Below are positions 1 through 10,429 of a stretch of DNA of 34,709 nt, one piece after another. Location of the stretch: NCBI RefSeq assembly GCF_001194135.2, contig NC_068990.1, forward strand, positions 60,601,557 through 60,636,265, read 5' to 3'. Both the position numbers and the translations under genes were made by a program. Every line of letters starts with the position of its first letter. Within the stretch, counting starts at the first letter, position 1. Under the pieces are notes generated by a model that saw only the letters and a program-made list of their open reading frames with translations, did no database searches and was not told the origin of the DNA. Source of the DNA: Octopus bimaculoides (Eukaryota).

Positions 1-350
1 AGTATAGGAAAGTGGGTTATACATCGTTAGATGTATACCTGACTTTCCTATATAAAATTAAAGAATATAACGGAACGCTGAACTCCAGACTATCAACTTA
101 AACAACACTTTATTTAGGTGGTAAATATATGCATCTTTAGTTCTTGTTGTTACAGCTTCTGTGTGTATAAGCATAGTTGTTGGGACGTTGTTCTGTAGTT
201 GTGAGCGAGCTGTCGAGTGTAAGTCCGAAAGATGTAGAGAGAGACAGCTTAAATACGTCCATGCTCAATCGCTGGCCAGCGAGAAAGAGAATGAATTGAG
301 CAGGAAACGCTTGGTTGTTTAATTCTACGCATGCGCACGGCGTTACTACA
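1..350 (-). mobile_element. Solo-LTR-like element, truncated by the window start
   Basis: Its reverse complement begins TGTAGTAACG and aligns along its length with 15087-15486. It contains AATAAA. Similarity stops sharply at 350, where a SINE fragment begins. Confidence 0.6.
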
Positions 351-530
351 AGTCGTTAGACTGCGGCAATGCATGGACATCGCTTTGAAAGGTTTAGCGC
401 ATCAAATCGACCCCAGTACGTTGATATTTTAAAGTCTAGTACTTCTATCGGTCTCTCTCTCTTTTATTATTTTTGTTTTGTCTTTTCTTGCTGAACTGCT
501 AAAGTACATGTACGTAAACAAACAAGATTT
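351..530 (-). mobile_element. SINE type A, 3' part (degenerate)
   Basis: Matches the GTCATTAGACTGCGGC...AAATCGACCCCAG...TTCTATCGGTCTC...GCTGAACTGCTAA block seen in the full copy at 12886-13293. Confidence 0.7.
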
Positions 531-589
531 ACTGCCAAATATATATATGTATGATACATATAACGAAGCCTTGTCATGTATCTATATAT

Positions 590-733
590 TAGTGGTTCGG
601 CAAAAGAGACCTATTGAATAAGTACCAGACTTTACAGAAAAATTAGAACTGGGATCTCGATTCGTTCGACAATAATTCTTCAAGGCGATGTCCTACCATG
701 GCCGCAGTCTAATGGCTGAAACAAAATAGAAGA
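590..733 (+). mobile_element. SINE type A, 3' part
   Basis: GGTTCGGCAAAAGAGAC...GAATAAGTACCAG...CATGGCCGCAGTCTAATGGCTGAAACAAAATAGAAGA. Confidence 0.8.
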
Positions 734-1084
734 TTATATATAAATATATATAACGAATTTTTTGGTATAAAATGCGTACCCCAATTTTAGTAGGCCTATA
801 AGAGTTGGATGAGATATGATGGCTTGGCCATCTCTCCCCGGCTCTTATATTATTTATTAAATTCAGAAATACAACAAACACGAGGGACAACGGTAACAAC
901 AGATCAATAATTTATTCCTGGTTGGTGTAGAGCCGTTTGGTTCCCGGGTGAAAGGCATGCCGCTATAATACCAAAGGAAGCTTCGACCGCATATCGGGGT
1001 CGATGTTGTCAGAGAGCCTGGAAAAACGTCCTGTCACGACGGTTGCTGGATGAATAAGAGAGAGAACGCTATATCTTTATACTC

Positions 1085-1306
1085 CACGTGTTGCATTGCG
1101 CATGCGTACTCGGGTACTTCCGCTGACGGCAAATCCCTTGCACATGCGCAATGGCACTTCCAAAGATGGCGGCCACACGCGCCACTACAGGCCTAATCTT
1201 ACGAAAGAAAAAAACCCTGCAGCTCAACCCCGAATCCTCTGACTGAATGTCATACATTTTCATGTATAGGGACCATGAAAATTTAGACTGACACCCTTTG
1301 GTAAGT
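1085..1306 (+). promoter_or_regulatory. Candidate housekeeping-type promoter plus first exon ending at a GTAAGT donor
   Basis: CACGTG 1085-1090, TGCGCATGCG 1097-1106, ACTTCCG 1116-1122, GCACATGCGCA 1140-1150, AAGATGGCGGCC 1163-1174, TG|GTAAGT at 1300/1301. Locally CpG-rich. Confidence 0.55.
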
Positions 1307-2399
1307 TATGTAACGATAAAGATTAATTTTATAACGGTTGAAATTAATTTGTAAGGAATAATATGGAACGTCGGAGTCGTAATCAGTTTGTAAGGATTGG
1401 TTCTTCGTTGATTGCCATTATGTAAAGATGAAAGATCAGTAATTGGAGTTATAAAAAAAAATATTTATTTTTCCCGTTACATTATACAATACCTTGCCTC
1501 GACGCGCAGGTGATAAAATCGTAAAGACTGCGAAGTAAAGATAGAAGCTGTAGATTTTCTTTGTATAGTTTGTATTCTCGTCATTGCGTAGTAGTAATTA
1601 CAGATAGAAATAGTGATGTTGTAAGAGAAAATAAAGTGAGCCAGCGAGAGAGTGTGGGACGAAACAATTACTTCTTTGGTGAGTTACCATAGTTGTCATT
1701 TTTGTGTCCTTTCTTTAGAGACGGCGTTTTGTTCAGCCGGTCAGCAAGACATAACTCACTAACTCGAGTTGTCACTAACTTTTGCTTGGGGGTTCTTGTT
1801 TTTATAACTATCCAGAAGAATAGACATATCGTTGAGAGCAATGGATTTCGTTGGTGGTACTTGTTATCTTAATTCTAGCTTTTGGTGAAGTAGAAGAGGT
1901 TAGAAGGGTTAAGTGGTGAAGACATTATTTCGGCCTACCTAAGGCATCTGGCAAATGTAAACCGTCACAGAAAAACTATTGTTCTACCGTGAGAAAAGTT
2001 CTGTTGAACTGTTACTTGAAATTTGGATATGGTGGATCGAATCCTCTTCATGCCTGCAAGATTCACTACAGCTATTATGGTAAGTTAAGCTACAATATTT
2101 ATCTTCACACTATCTAATATCATCACTGACCTCCACTGTCACCATTATTGTCCGTCGTTAATAACACTAACCAAGTTTATTCAAAGCCTAACTTTCAGCA
2201 TATAAGACGCTGGGGGACTTTTATGGGGAAGTTTTGGGGAAAAAAGTGCGCCTTACATGCCCAATTCTATTTTTTAGTAGATAATTATCATTACAGGAAT
2301 AACCATGCCATATCGCCACATTTTTTTTTTATATCCACCAACAAAAGTTTTGATTTTTGTTCTGCAAAGAAATATTTGATGAAATATACTTTCTTCTTT

Positions 2400-2625
2400 T
2401 ATTTTCTTACGTTTCAGTCATTTGAGTGCGCCATGCTGGAGCACCACCTTAAAAGGCTTTAGTCGAAAAAATCAACCCCAGGACTTATTCTTTGTAAGCC
2501 TATCGGTTTCTTTTGCCGAACCGCTAAGTTACGGGGACATAAACATACCAGCATCGGCTGTCAAGCAATGGCAGGGGAGGGGGAACAAACACTCACACAC
2601 ACATTAATACATACATATATATATA
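2400..2625 (-). mobile_element. SINE type A, 3' half, interrupted at its microsatellite by a mariner
   Basis: TTTCAGTCATTTGA...CCATGCTGGAGCACCACC...GCCGAACCGCTAAGTTACGGGGAC...GGTTGTCAAGC-like block, then a CA/TA run. Confidence 0.85.
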
Positions 2626-2627
2626 TA

Positions 2628-3853
2628 TAGGGTTGACAACTAAGTTCCTGCTGTCTTTTAAATTAAAAATTTTTTAAAGGTTTAATAAAAAATAGCAACT
2701 AATTAATCAATAATGTATTCACCCTTGTTGTTTACAACTTCTTCCCAACGTTCAACAAGGTTTTCAATACCTCGTTGGTAGAAATCACCCGATTTCGACT
2801 CGAAAAATTGATCCAACCAAGCTCTCAATTCTGCATCAGTACTGAACAAAACTCCGCGCATAGCATTTGCAAGAGATGGAAATCCGTTGGTGCCAAATCA
2901 GGAGAGTACAGTGGGTGCGGCAGCACTTCTCAGCCATGCTTTTGAATGGCTTCCTTGGTCATATTGGTGATATGAGGGCAGGCGTTGACATGCAGCAGAA
3001 GAACTCCATGCTGTTGATTAGGTTTTTTCTCTTGAATAGCCGTGTTGAATCGTTCTATCTGTTGAACGTAGAGTTCCGCGTTGACCGTTTGGTTCCGTTC
3101 AAGCAATTTGTAATGGATAATCCCTTCCCAGTCTCACCATACGCACAACATCGTTTTACACGGATGAAGGTCTTATTTCACGCGCGGTGTCGTTTGTTTA
3201 CCGGAGCTAAGCCATTCCTTACACTGCTTCATATTCATGTACAGGCACCATTTTCCGTCGCCAGTAACGATACAGTAAAGAAATCGTTGCTTGTGTCCAT
3301 GAGTTGAGTGGTGACGAGCAAGCAAACCAGCGGAGATTGTGACTCGTTGATTTTTGTTGTTGTCACTTAAAGCATGCGGAACTCATGCTCCATACTTCCG
3401 AACCTTTCCCGTCGAGTGAAGATGCTTCTTTATAGCAGTGTGGGAGCATTCATTTTCTCTGCCAGTTCCTTTGTCGTTTGACGAGAATTTTCGTGCAAAA
3501 GTTGGTTTAATCGCTCTTCATCGAACTCGACGGCCAGAACGAGGTGCGTCTTTCAGGTTAAAATTTCCATTTTTGAATTTGGCATACCAATCACGAGCGG
3601 TTCTTTCAGCTATGGCACCCTCTCCATACATAGCACAAATGTCACGAGCAGCTTTTGCGGCCTTAGAACCTTGATTAAAAACAAAAAGAAGGAGGTGTCG
3701 AAAATGCTCGTTTTTCTTAACTTGACATTCCATTTTAATGATCTGAAAATTAACTAAAATTAACTAGGAAAAAAAAAAAATAGATTCCAAAATTTAAAAA
3801 CGCAATAAATTCTAAAATTTAAAAAAACAGGGGGAACTTAGTTGCCAACCCAA
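2628..3853 (-). mobile_element. Full-length mariner (D,D34D) DNA transposon, decayed
   Basis: TIRs TAGGGTTGACAACTAAGTTCC and, at the right end in reverse complement, TTGGGTTGGCAACTAAGTTCC. TA on both flanks. Length about 1.23 kb. Confidence 0.95.
2703..3733 (-). pseudogene. Mariner transposase pseudogene
   Basis: HTH N-terminus MECQVKKNEHFRHLLLF...APRSGR. Motifs *VPHAL (WVPHEL), IVTGDGKW, HVNACPH (HDNARPH with the catalytic D lost) and YSPDLAPTDFHL. Several stops and frameshifts. Confidence 0.95.
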
Positions 3854-3869
3854 TATATATATATATATA

Positions 3870-4727
3870 NNNNNNNNNNNNNNNNNNNNNNNNNNNNNNN
3901 NNNNNNNNNNNNNNNNNNNNNNNNNNNNNNNNNNNNNNNNNNNNNNNNNNNNNNNNNNNNNNNNNNNNNNNNNNNNNNNNNNNNNNNNNNNNNNNNNNNN
4001 NNNNNNNNNNNNNNNNNNNNNNNNNNNNNNNNNNNNNNNNNNNNNNNNNNNNNNNNNNNNNNNNNNNNNNNNNNNNNNNNNNNNNNNNNNNNNNNNNNNN
4101 NNNNNNNNNNNNNNNNNNNNNNNNNNNNNNNNNNNNNNNNNNNNNNNNNNNNNNNNNNNNNNNNNNNNNNNNNNNNNNNNNNNNNNNNNNNNNNNNNNNN
4201 NNNNNNNNNNNNNNNNNNNNNNNNNNNNNNNNNNNNNNNNNNNNNNNNNNNNNNNNNNNNNNNNNNNNNNNNNNNNNNNNNNNNNNNNNNNNNNNNNNNN
4301 NNNNNNNNNNNNNNNNNNNNNNNNNNNNNNNNNNNNNNNNNNNNNNNNNNNNNNNNNNNNNNNNNNNNNNNNNNNNNNNNNNNNNNNNNNNNNNNNNNNN
4401 NNNNNNNNNNNNNNNNNNNNNNNNNNNNNNNNNNNNNNNNNNNNNNNNNNNNNNNNNNNNNNNNNNNNNNNNNNNNNNNNNNNNNNNNNNNNNNNNNNNN
4501 NNNNNNNNNNNNNNNNNNNNNNNNNNNNNNNNNNNNNNNNNNNNNNNNNNNNNNNNNNNNNNNNNNNNNNNNNNNNNNNNNNNNNNNNNNNNNNNNNNNN
4601 NNNNNNNNNNNNNNNNNNNNNNNNNNNNNNNNNNNNNNNNNNNNNNNNNNNNNNNNNNNNNNNNNNNNNNNNNNNNNNNNNNNNNNNNNNNNNNNNNNNN
4701 NNNNNNNNNNNNNNNNNNNNNNNNNNA
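3870..4727. other. Assembly gap (largest of six; others ~10329-10388, 11457-11465, 18455-18464, 28247-28340, 33844-33902)
   Basis: N runs, most adjacent to (TA)n microsatellites. Confidence 1.
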
Positions 4728-5585
4728 AAAAAAAATACATATTTTTCAAAAAAAGTTACGAGGAAACAAAACCAGTCCCTGTGAAATTTTCCGAAACTCC
4801 TTTCTCCACCCCCAGGAAAAAAATTTTTCACCACAAATTCTGATATAATCAGAATCTACACTATCTGAAGTGTATTTATAGAAAATTTCATTTAAAAATA
4901 TCCAATTTTCTGAAAATTACGAGGAAACAAAGTTGGTGAGTCGGGCATATTGTGTAGGCATGCTGTGGAACGCTTTTCATCATTCCCTGGAAATGTTTGT
5001 TTAGTCAGATTTGAATTCGAGTTAAACAAAAGCCAACAATTTAGGGGGGGGGGGTTCTGTCTTTTGTTCTTCTTTCGTTTGTTTCTCATTTGTAAAGTTG
5101 GGCGGTTTGCAACGCACATATAATTATTTGTATAGGTATATGCATGACATGAGATTTGATGGACGATCAGGAATAAAACTGTTGGAATTCTGTATTATGT
5201 TAAATAGATGCTAGAAAGGAAGAGCAGAAACCCCAAGAAAATATGTAAAAATTCTGAAAAAAGAATTGTTCTCTAATTGTAACAGCAGCAGCAGTAGTAG
5301 TTGTAGTTTTTCATATTAATCTAAACAACTAGCGAAAACAACACGTCCCAATAACATGATAGAATCAGAGACTAGCTAGTGGATGGACTATCATATCAAA
5401 CGTATCAAATAAACTATAACAGTATTCGACCTTTAGCTTTTCATCTCACTTTAAAGCTGATTCATTCCTTTCTATAATAGGTTTTCATGCTTATGCTGCC
5501 CCCGAAAGAAAACTCTTGTTATTGATTTCTCAGATAATTGAAAGCTTTTCACTAATGCTTTTCAGTGTTTAACCTTTCAACTAAT

Positions 5586-5934
5586 TGTTCTTCCTTCATT
5601 GCCGTTATTACACACCTCCGTCGATACTTCAAATATTACCTGGTTATCCTCTGGCAGTTGCCGTTTGCCCTTCTAGATCACGGTGTAACTGTAACAGAAC
5701 ACGACTTTATTTGTTATATAAATTAACTTTACTGCCGAATCTGCTTGTTCTTGAATGCAACCCCTACACAACTGTAATAGTGTTAGAATATCTTCTTACG
5801 CCATCATATGAAAGCCGCGTGCATGGGTGTGAGTCAACGTTGAAATGTACGTGAGTGTAAAGCACAGTTGTCCCGCGGTTAACACGGTTCTCAGTTTGTA
5901 CGTTTTCCTTTTCGCACAGTTTTCGTATTGGACA
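5586..5934 (-). mobile_element. Solo-LTR-like element (possibly BEL/Pao)
   Basis: TGT...ACA termini, flanks ACTAAT (5580-5585) and ACTATT (5935-5940), and AATAAA on the minus strand. Confidence 0.45.
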
Positions 5935-5997
5935 ACTATTTATTTATTTATTTATTTATTGTAATCTTACATATTTCAATATTTTGTAACACCAAAA

Positions 5998-6212
5998 GGC
6001 GGCGAGTTGGCAGAATCGCTTGCACGCCGGGCGAAGTGCTTAGCGGCATTTCGTCCGTCTGTACATTCTGAGTTCAAATTCCGTCAAGGTTGACTTTATC
6101 TTTCATCCTTTCGGGGTCGATAAAATATGTACTAGTAAAATACTGGGGTCGATGCAATCGACTTACCTCCTCCTCTGAACTTGCTGACCTTGTGTCAAAA
6201 ATTTGAAACTAA
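5998..6212 (+). mobile_element. SINE type B (tRNA-like head with CCTTTCGGGGTCGATAAA core)
   Basis: A-box-like GGCGAGTTGGCAGAATCG, B-box-like GAGTTCAAATTCC, core TTTCATCCTTTCGGGGTCGATAAA, tail CTTGTGTCAAAAATTTGAAAC. Confidence 0.85.
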
Positions 6213-6229
6213 TTTTTGATAACACCAAA

Positions 6230-6440
6230 GAGGTGAGCTGGTAGAATCGTTAGCACGCTGGGCAAACTACTTAGCAGCCTTTCATCTGTCTTTGTGTTCT
6301 GAGTTCAAATGTCACCAAGGTCAATTTTGCCTTTCATCCTTTGGAGTCGATAAAGCAAGTACCAGTTGAACACTGAGGTCCATGTAATTGACTTACTACT
6401 CCCTTAAAATTGCTGGCCTTGTGTCAAAATTTGAAATGAA
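6230..6440 (+). mobile_element. SINE type B, second tandem copy
   Basis: Colinear, diverged match to 5998-6212. Confidence 0.85.
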
Positions 6441-6739
6441 TATTTAATAACACCAAATCACCGTTTCATTTTCTTTTCATTTCATTTCTTCTGGTAGTAA
6501 GGTAGACCCCACGTTAAAGTAGCAGCTACATTGTTTGTTTTTTTTTATGTATATTTTGTCAAATATCTTCAAGAATGATAGTTTCAAATGTTTAAAAATT
6601 AAATAACAAATTAATGGAAAGGGTTTGTAGAAACTAGAAAACAATATAATAATATAAAGGAAACAGCTTTCAGGACAGTTTAAAGAAACAAAAGAGAACT
6701 CAGTCTTGATATTAATCCTTTCTGCCATGGGAACATGGC

Positions 6740-6836
6740 TTGAAATATTGTGTGGAAAGGTTAGTCAATTACATCAAACCCACTGCTCAACTAGTACTTA
6801 TTTCATGGACTCCAAAAGGAAGAAAAGCAAAGCTGA
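6740..6836 (-). mobile_element. SINE type B fragment
   Basis: GTCAATTACATCAAACCCA...CTAGTACTTATTTCATGGACTCC is the reverse complement of the type B core. Confidence 0.6.
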
Positions 6837-6837
6837 G

Positions 6838-7197
6838 ATCATCATCATCGTCATCACCATCATCGTTTAATGTCTGCTTTCCATGCTGGCATGGGTTGTT
6901 CAGTTTGACATGGAGCTGGCTAGCAGGGAGCTGTCCAGACTCCAGTTGTCTGTTGAGGCATAGTTTCTACAGCTGGAGGCTTTTCCTAACACCAGCCACT
7001 TAACAGAGTGTGTCGGGTGATTTTTATGTGCCACTGGAATTGGTACATTAACACAGCACTGGCAAGCTTGCTTTTTCAGTGGTACAGACACCTGAAAGGA
7101 CAAGCCTGTATATGTGGAAGACAGCAGTTTTATTTAGCTTGATGTGTCTTATCAAGTACAACAAATCATCACATCTTCCGGTCCCTTGTCACCTCAG
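6838..7197 (-). mobile_element. RTE-type LINE 3' end (ORF2 C-terminus, 3'UTR, (GAT)n tail)
   Basis: Minus strand reads EVTRDRKM**FVVLDKTHQAK*, then a UTR ending GCATGGAAAGCAGACATTAAACGATGATG. Confidence 0.75.
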
Positions 7198-7339
7198 CTG
7201 AATTTAAACTCACAATGTAAAGGCAGATGAAATGCTGCTAAACATTTTATCTGGCATGCTAATAATTCTGCCAGTTCACCTGTATAATTGCAGGATCTTC
7301 TATAAGTTCTAAAACATATTTCATATATACTTCATTACA

Positions 7340-8260
7340 TTATGGAAACAATGGAAAAAGCTGTATTAATTTAGATGGAATATAAAGAAAAAGAGAACAA
7401 ATGATTGCCTATACACTACTATATAGTAAGAATTTTTAATCAAATCAATATTGAAAATCAAATGTGTAATCAATAACAACCTGGATTTGTGGGTAATAAG
7501 GTTTGAAAATTTGTAAATCAAGCTTTCTACATAATATCAAATAACAAGGAAAATGTGGGTTCAAGTGAGAAGGAAAACTGATGTAAAAGATTGTGCCAAA
7601 ATTAACTAAAAAGTTGATTCCAATTCTTTAAATCAAATATTTAATGCTACTAAAAATCAGCCTATTTTGAAAATACCAAAGAGAACTTTTATATCAAGAA
7701 CAGAAGAAACTGTTAGCTGATTCAAAGCAGCTAAAGATCAAATCACATTATTATTATAACGTTGTGATGCATTAGGTGACTGTTTTATGCAACCATTATT
7801 AATTACTGGTGCTCTTAACCTGTGTATGATGATAAGATTGAATAAAAAATACCCTCCCAGTTCATTAGCATGCGAATAAAAAATTATGGATAACTATTAC
7901 AATGATATTAAAAAACTGGTTTTATCAAAACTTTGTTCCAGAAGCTGAAATTTACACAAAAGAAAATAATATTGACTCGAAACTTTTATTACTAATTGAT
8001 AACATTCTATCTCATCTCTGTGATTCAGAACATTGTGACCTTAAAGTTCTCTCTTAACCTTTAATGATACCATCCAGCCATCAGATCAAGGCATGATTTG
8101 TAATTTTAAGACAAATTATGCTAAAAATTCTTATAAAAACTACTGGATGAGCTGGCTGTTGCAGAGATATGGGAAAAATTTAATGCTCTTCATTATGCTT
8201 TGATAATTTCGGTAAGAATTCATGGGATTATGAAAACCACTCTAAATGCATTTTGGGAGG
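7340..8260 (+). pseudogene. Tigger/pogo-family (CENP-B HTH plus DDE_1) transposase relic
   Basis: Frame-shifted pieces METMEKAVLI, QIFNA, KIPKRTFISRTEETVS*FKAAKDQITLLL, KNWFYQNFVPEAEIYTKENNIDSKLLLLIDN and IQPSDQGMICNFKTNY match the Tigger consensus pattern. No TIRs found. Confidence 0.85.
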
Positions 8261-8359
8261 CCATATTGCCTTGATTAGTTCTGAACGGCAGTAATGCTGG
8301 AACAAGGAAATATCTGAACACAAGCCAAATTAGAAGCCGAAAGACTGGGTGATTTAATT

Positions 8360-8555
8360 ATGATATGGACATATACACATACATATATGTACACATAAAA
8401 GCACACACACATATAGATATACATATATAATATATACATACATACATGTATACATAGATGTATACATACATATATATATACACATGTATATACATACATA
8501 CATATGTAAATACACACAAGTATACATACACGTGCACACACACACACATACATAT
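8360..8555. repeat. Compound (TA)/(CA) microsatellite
   Basis: Dinucleotide run that generates spurious YIYI/CVCV ORFs. Confidence 0.95.
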
Positions 8556-8961
8556 GATGATCTTATTTCTCCTCATTTCACTAAGTAATTGTTTAACATT
8601 TGCTTGTCAGATTTCTATGAATAATATCAATAAAATCAATGTATCGCCTCAATTCAGATGGTGACTCTACATACCATCCATGATGGAAACTGATGAACAA
8701 CTCCATCTAGTAAGTCTTTCAAATATAAAAACAAAAAGCAATTACAAATAGCTTCATTAGTGTCAGCTCATTCAGATTTCTAGGTAAATATGTAAAAGCA
8801 ATGTAATTAGGAGTGGATCTTGTCTTCAAAGTTAAATAATATAAATTATAGACATGTTTCAATCTTGTGAAACGTGTTCTATCTAAATGGCAGGGGTTAG
8901 AAAATTTGTCTTTATTTCCCAAAAACTTGGATGAGCTGATATTATCGGGGTTACCTCCCTT

Positions 8962-9075
8962 TATCATCATCATCATTTAACGTCCATTGTTCATGCTGGC
9001 ATGAGTTAGACAGTTTGACCAGGGCTGCAACAGCTTTGACATGGTTTTATACAGCTGGATATCCTTCTTAACTCT
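8962..9075 (-). mobile_element. RTE-type LINE 3' tail fragment
   Basis: TCATCATCATCATTTAACGTCC...CATGCTGGCATGAGTT, the same terminus as at 6838. Confidence 0.7.
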
Positions 9076-9085
9076 AAACCAGTGG

Positions 9086-9310
9086 TTCTTAAATGGGGTC
9101 CATATAGGATTTTTGCAGAGTCCACACAAGCAAAATAGTAAATTGGGTCCAAAATAGTGTTTTATGGGTCCCTGAGAAAAATCTTTTGCTTTAGATGTAT
9201 TTATTGCAAGAAACAGCTAGGTTTCTTTGTCTAATGTCTTACATAGTTTGACTTGCACAACTGGACATGTGAAAAACAAGATGGGAATTTTGAGAGAAGT
9301 AATGAAGTTG
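9086..9310. mobile_element. hAT-Charlie-like terminal fragment
   Basis: Starts CAGTGGTTCTTAAATGGGGTCC, a Charlie-type TIR. The second end was not found, so the right boundary is approximate. Confidence 0.5.
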
Positions 9311-9359
9311 TCATGTAATTTACAAGACTGAAAAAAGAAGACAAAGAAAAAGGGAACTA

Positions 9360-9640
9360 TTCCTGCTTTTAAGAAGGGGTGAGTATTCAGGGGGCGGAGA
9401 TAGCTCTGTGTCAGAGGGAACAAGCATAGATGTTTTGCTACAGAGGGGATAACATTGGCTTCCACATATTATATATCGGTGAGTAAGAGTATCTGGGAGA
9501 GAATAGAGATGGTAGTGATGCAGAGCGGGAGCAAACTCTCAGGGTACAAGAAAGGTGAGCAAAGGAGACAGGATACAAGGGGTTGGAGGAGATGAGGGAG
9601 GAATGTATATGTGACAGTTGACACTCATAAATTTCTAAGT
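9360..9640 (-). mobile_element. Degenerate CR1/L2-group LINE remnant
   Basis: Minus-strand SLPDTLTHR...CYPLCSKTSMLVP loosely resembles the L2/Crack ORF2 C-terminus. Confidence 0.35.
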
Positions 9641-9742
9641 GCAAAAGTCGTAACAATAGGAAAGAACTTGTAGAAAAATATAGATTTGGTTTTTAATCCT
9701 GGCTTAGAATCTAGGATGCTATTCAACATATACACACACATA

Positions 9743-10144
9743 GGCATGCGTGGTTGTGTAATAAGAAGCTTGCTTCCCAGCCACATGGTTCCGGGTTCAG
9801 TCCCACTACATGGTACTTTGGGCAAGTGTCTTCTACAATAAACTCGGGCTAACCAAAGTCTTACCAGCGGATTTGGTAGATGGAAACTGAAAGCAGCCTG
9901 TTGTATAATTATGTATATATGTGTGTGTAGTATACATGTGTGTGTGTGTGTGTGTGTCTTTGTGTTTATGTTTATCTCTCCACCACTGCTTGACAGCCCT
10001 GTAACCTAGCAGTTCAGCAAAAGAGGCTGATAGAATAAGTACCAGGCTTAAAAAATAAGTACTGGAGTCGATTCATTCGCCTAAGAATTCAAGGTAGTGC
10101 CCCAGCATGGCCACAGTCTAATGACTGAAATAGGTAAAAGATAA
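9743..10144 (+). mobile_element. SINE type A, full length
   Basis: tRNA-like head (GTGGTTGTGT...GGGTTCAGTCCCA), CTTTGGGCAAGTGTCTT, GGATTTGGTAGATGGAAACTG, central (GT)n, 3' block and a TAAAAGA tail. Confidence 0.9.
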
Positions 10145-10146
10145 AT

Positions 10147-10328
10147 GAGGGTGAAAAACTAGAGGTAGTCGATAGCTTCCGCTATCTGGGCGACCAAGTT
10201 AGTAGTGGGGGTGGGTGCGCTGAAAGTGTAGCTGCTAGAATAAGAATAGCCTGGGCAAAGTTTAGAGAGCTCTTACCCCTGCTGGCGACAAAGGGACTCT
10301 CACTCAGAGTAAAAGGCAGACTGTATGA
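10147..10328 (+). mobile_element. 5'-truncated RTE-clade LINE ORF2 fragment (RT C-terminal region), running into a gap
   Basis: Stop-free EGEKLEVVDSFRYLGDQVSSGGGCAESVAARIRIAWAKFRELLPLLATKGLSLRVKGRLY; the YLG and AW.KFREL motifs are typical of RTE-like RT. Confidence 0.85.
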
Positions 10329-10388
10329 NNNNNNNNNNNNNNNNNNNNNNNNNNNNNNNNNNNNNNNNNNNNNNNNNNNNNNNNNNNN

Positions 10389-10427
<39 letters not shown>

Positions 10428-10429
10428 TA

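Noticed and set aside
2867-3307. 146-aa plus-strand ORF
   Set aside because: Antisense shadow of the mariner transposase.
3812-4843. Three 300+ aa ORFs in the track
   Set aside because: They are translations of the N gap.
4750-4935. Direct repeat TTACGAGGAAACAAA next to the large gap
   Set aside because: Contig-edge sequence that may be low quality, and too short to classify.
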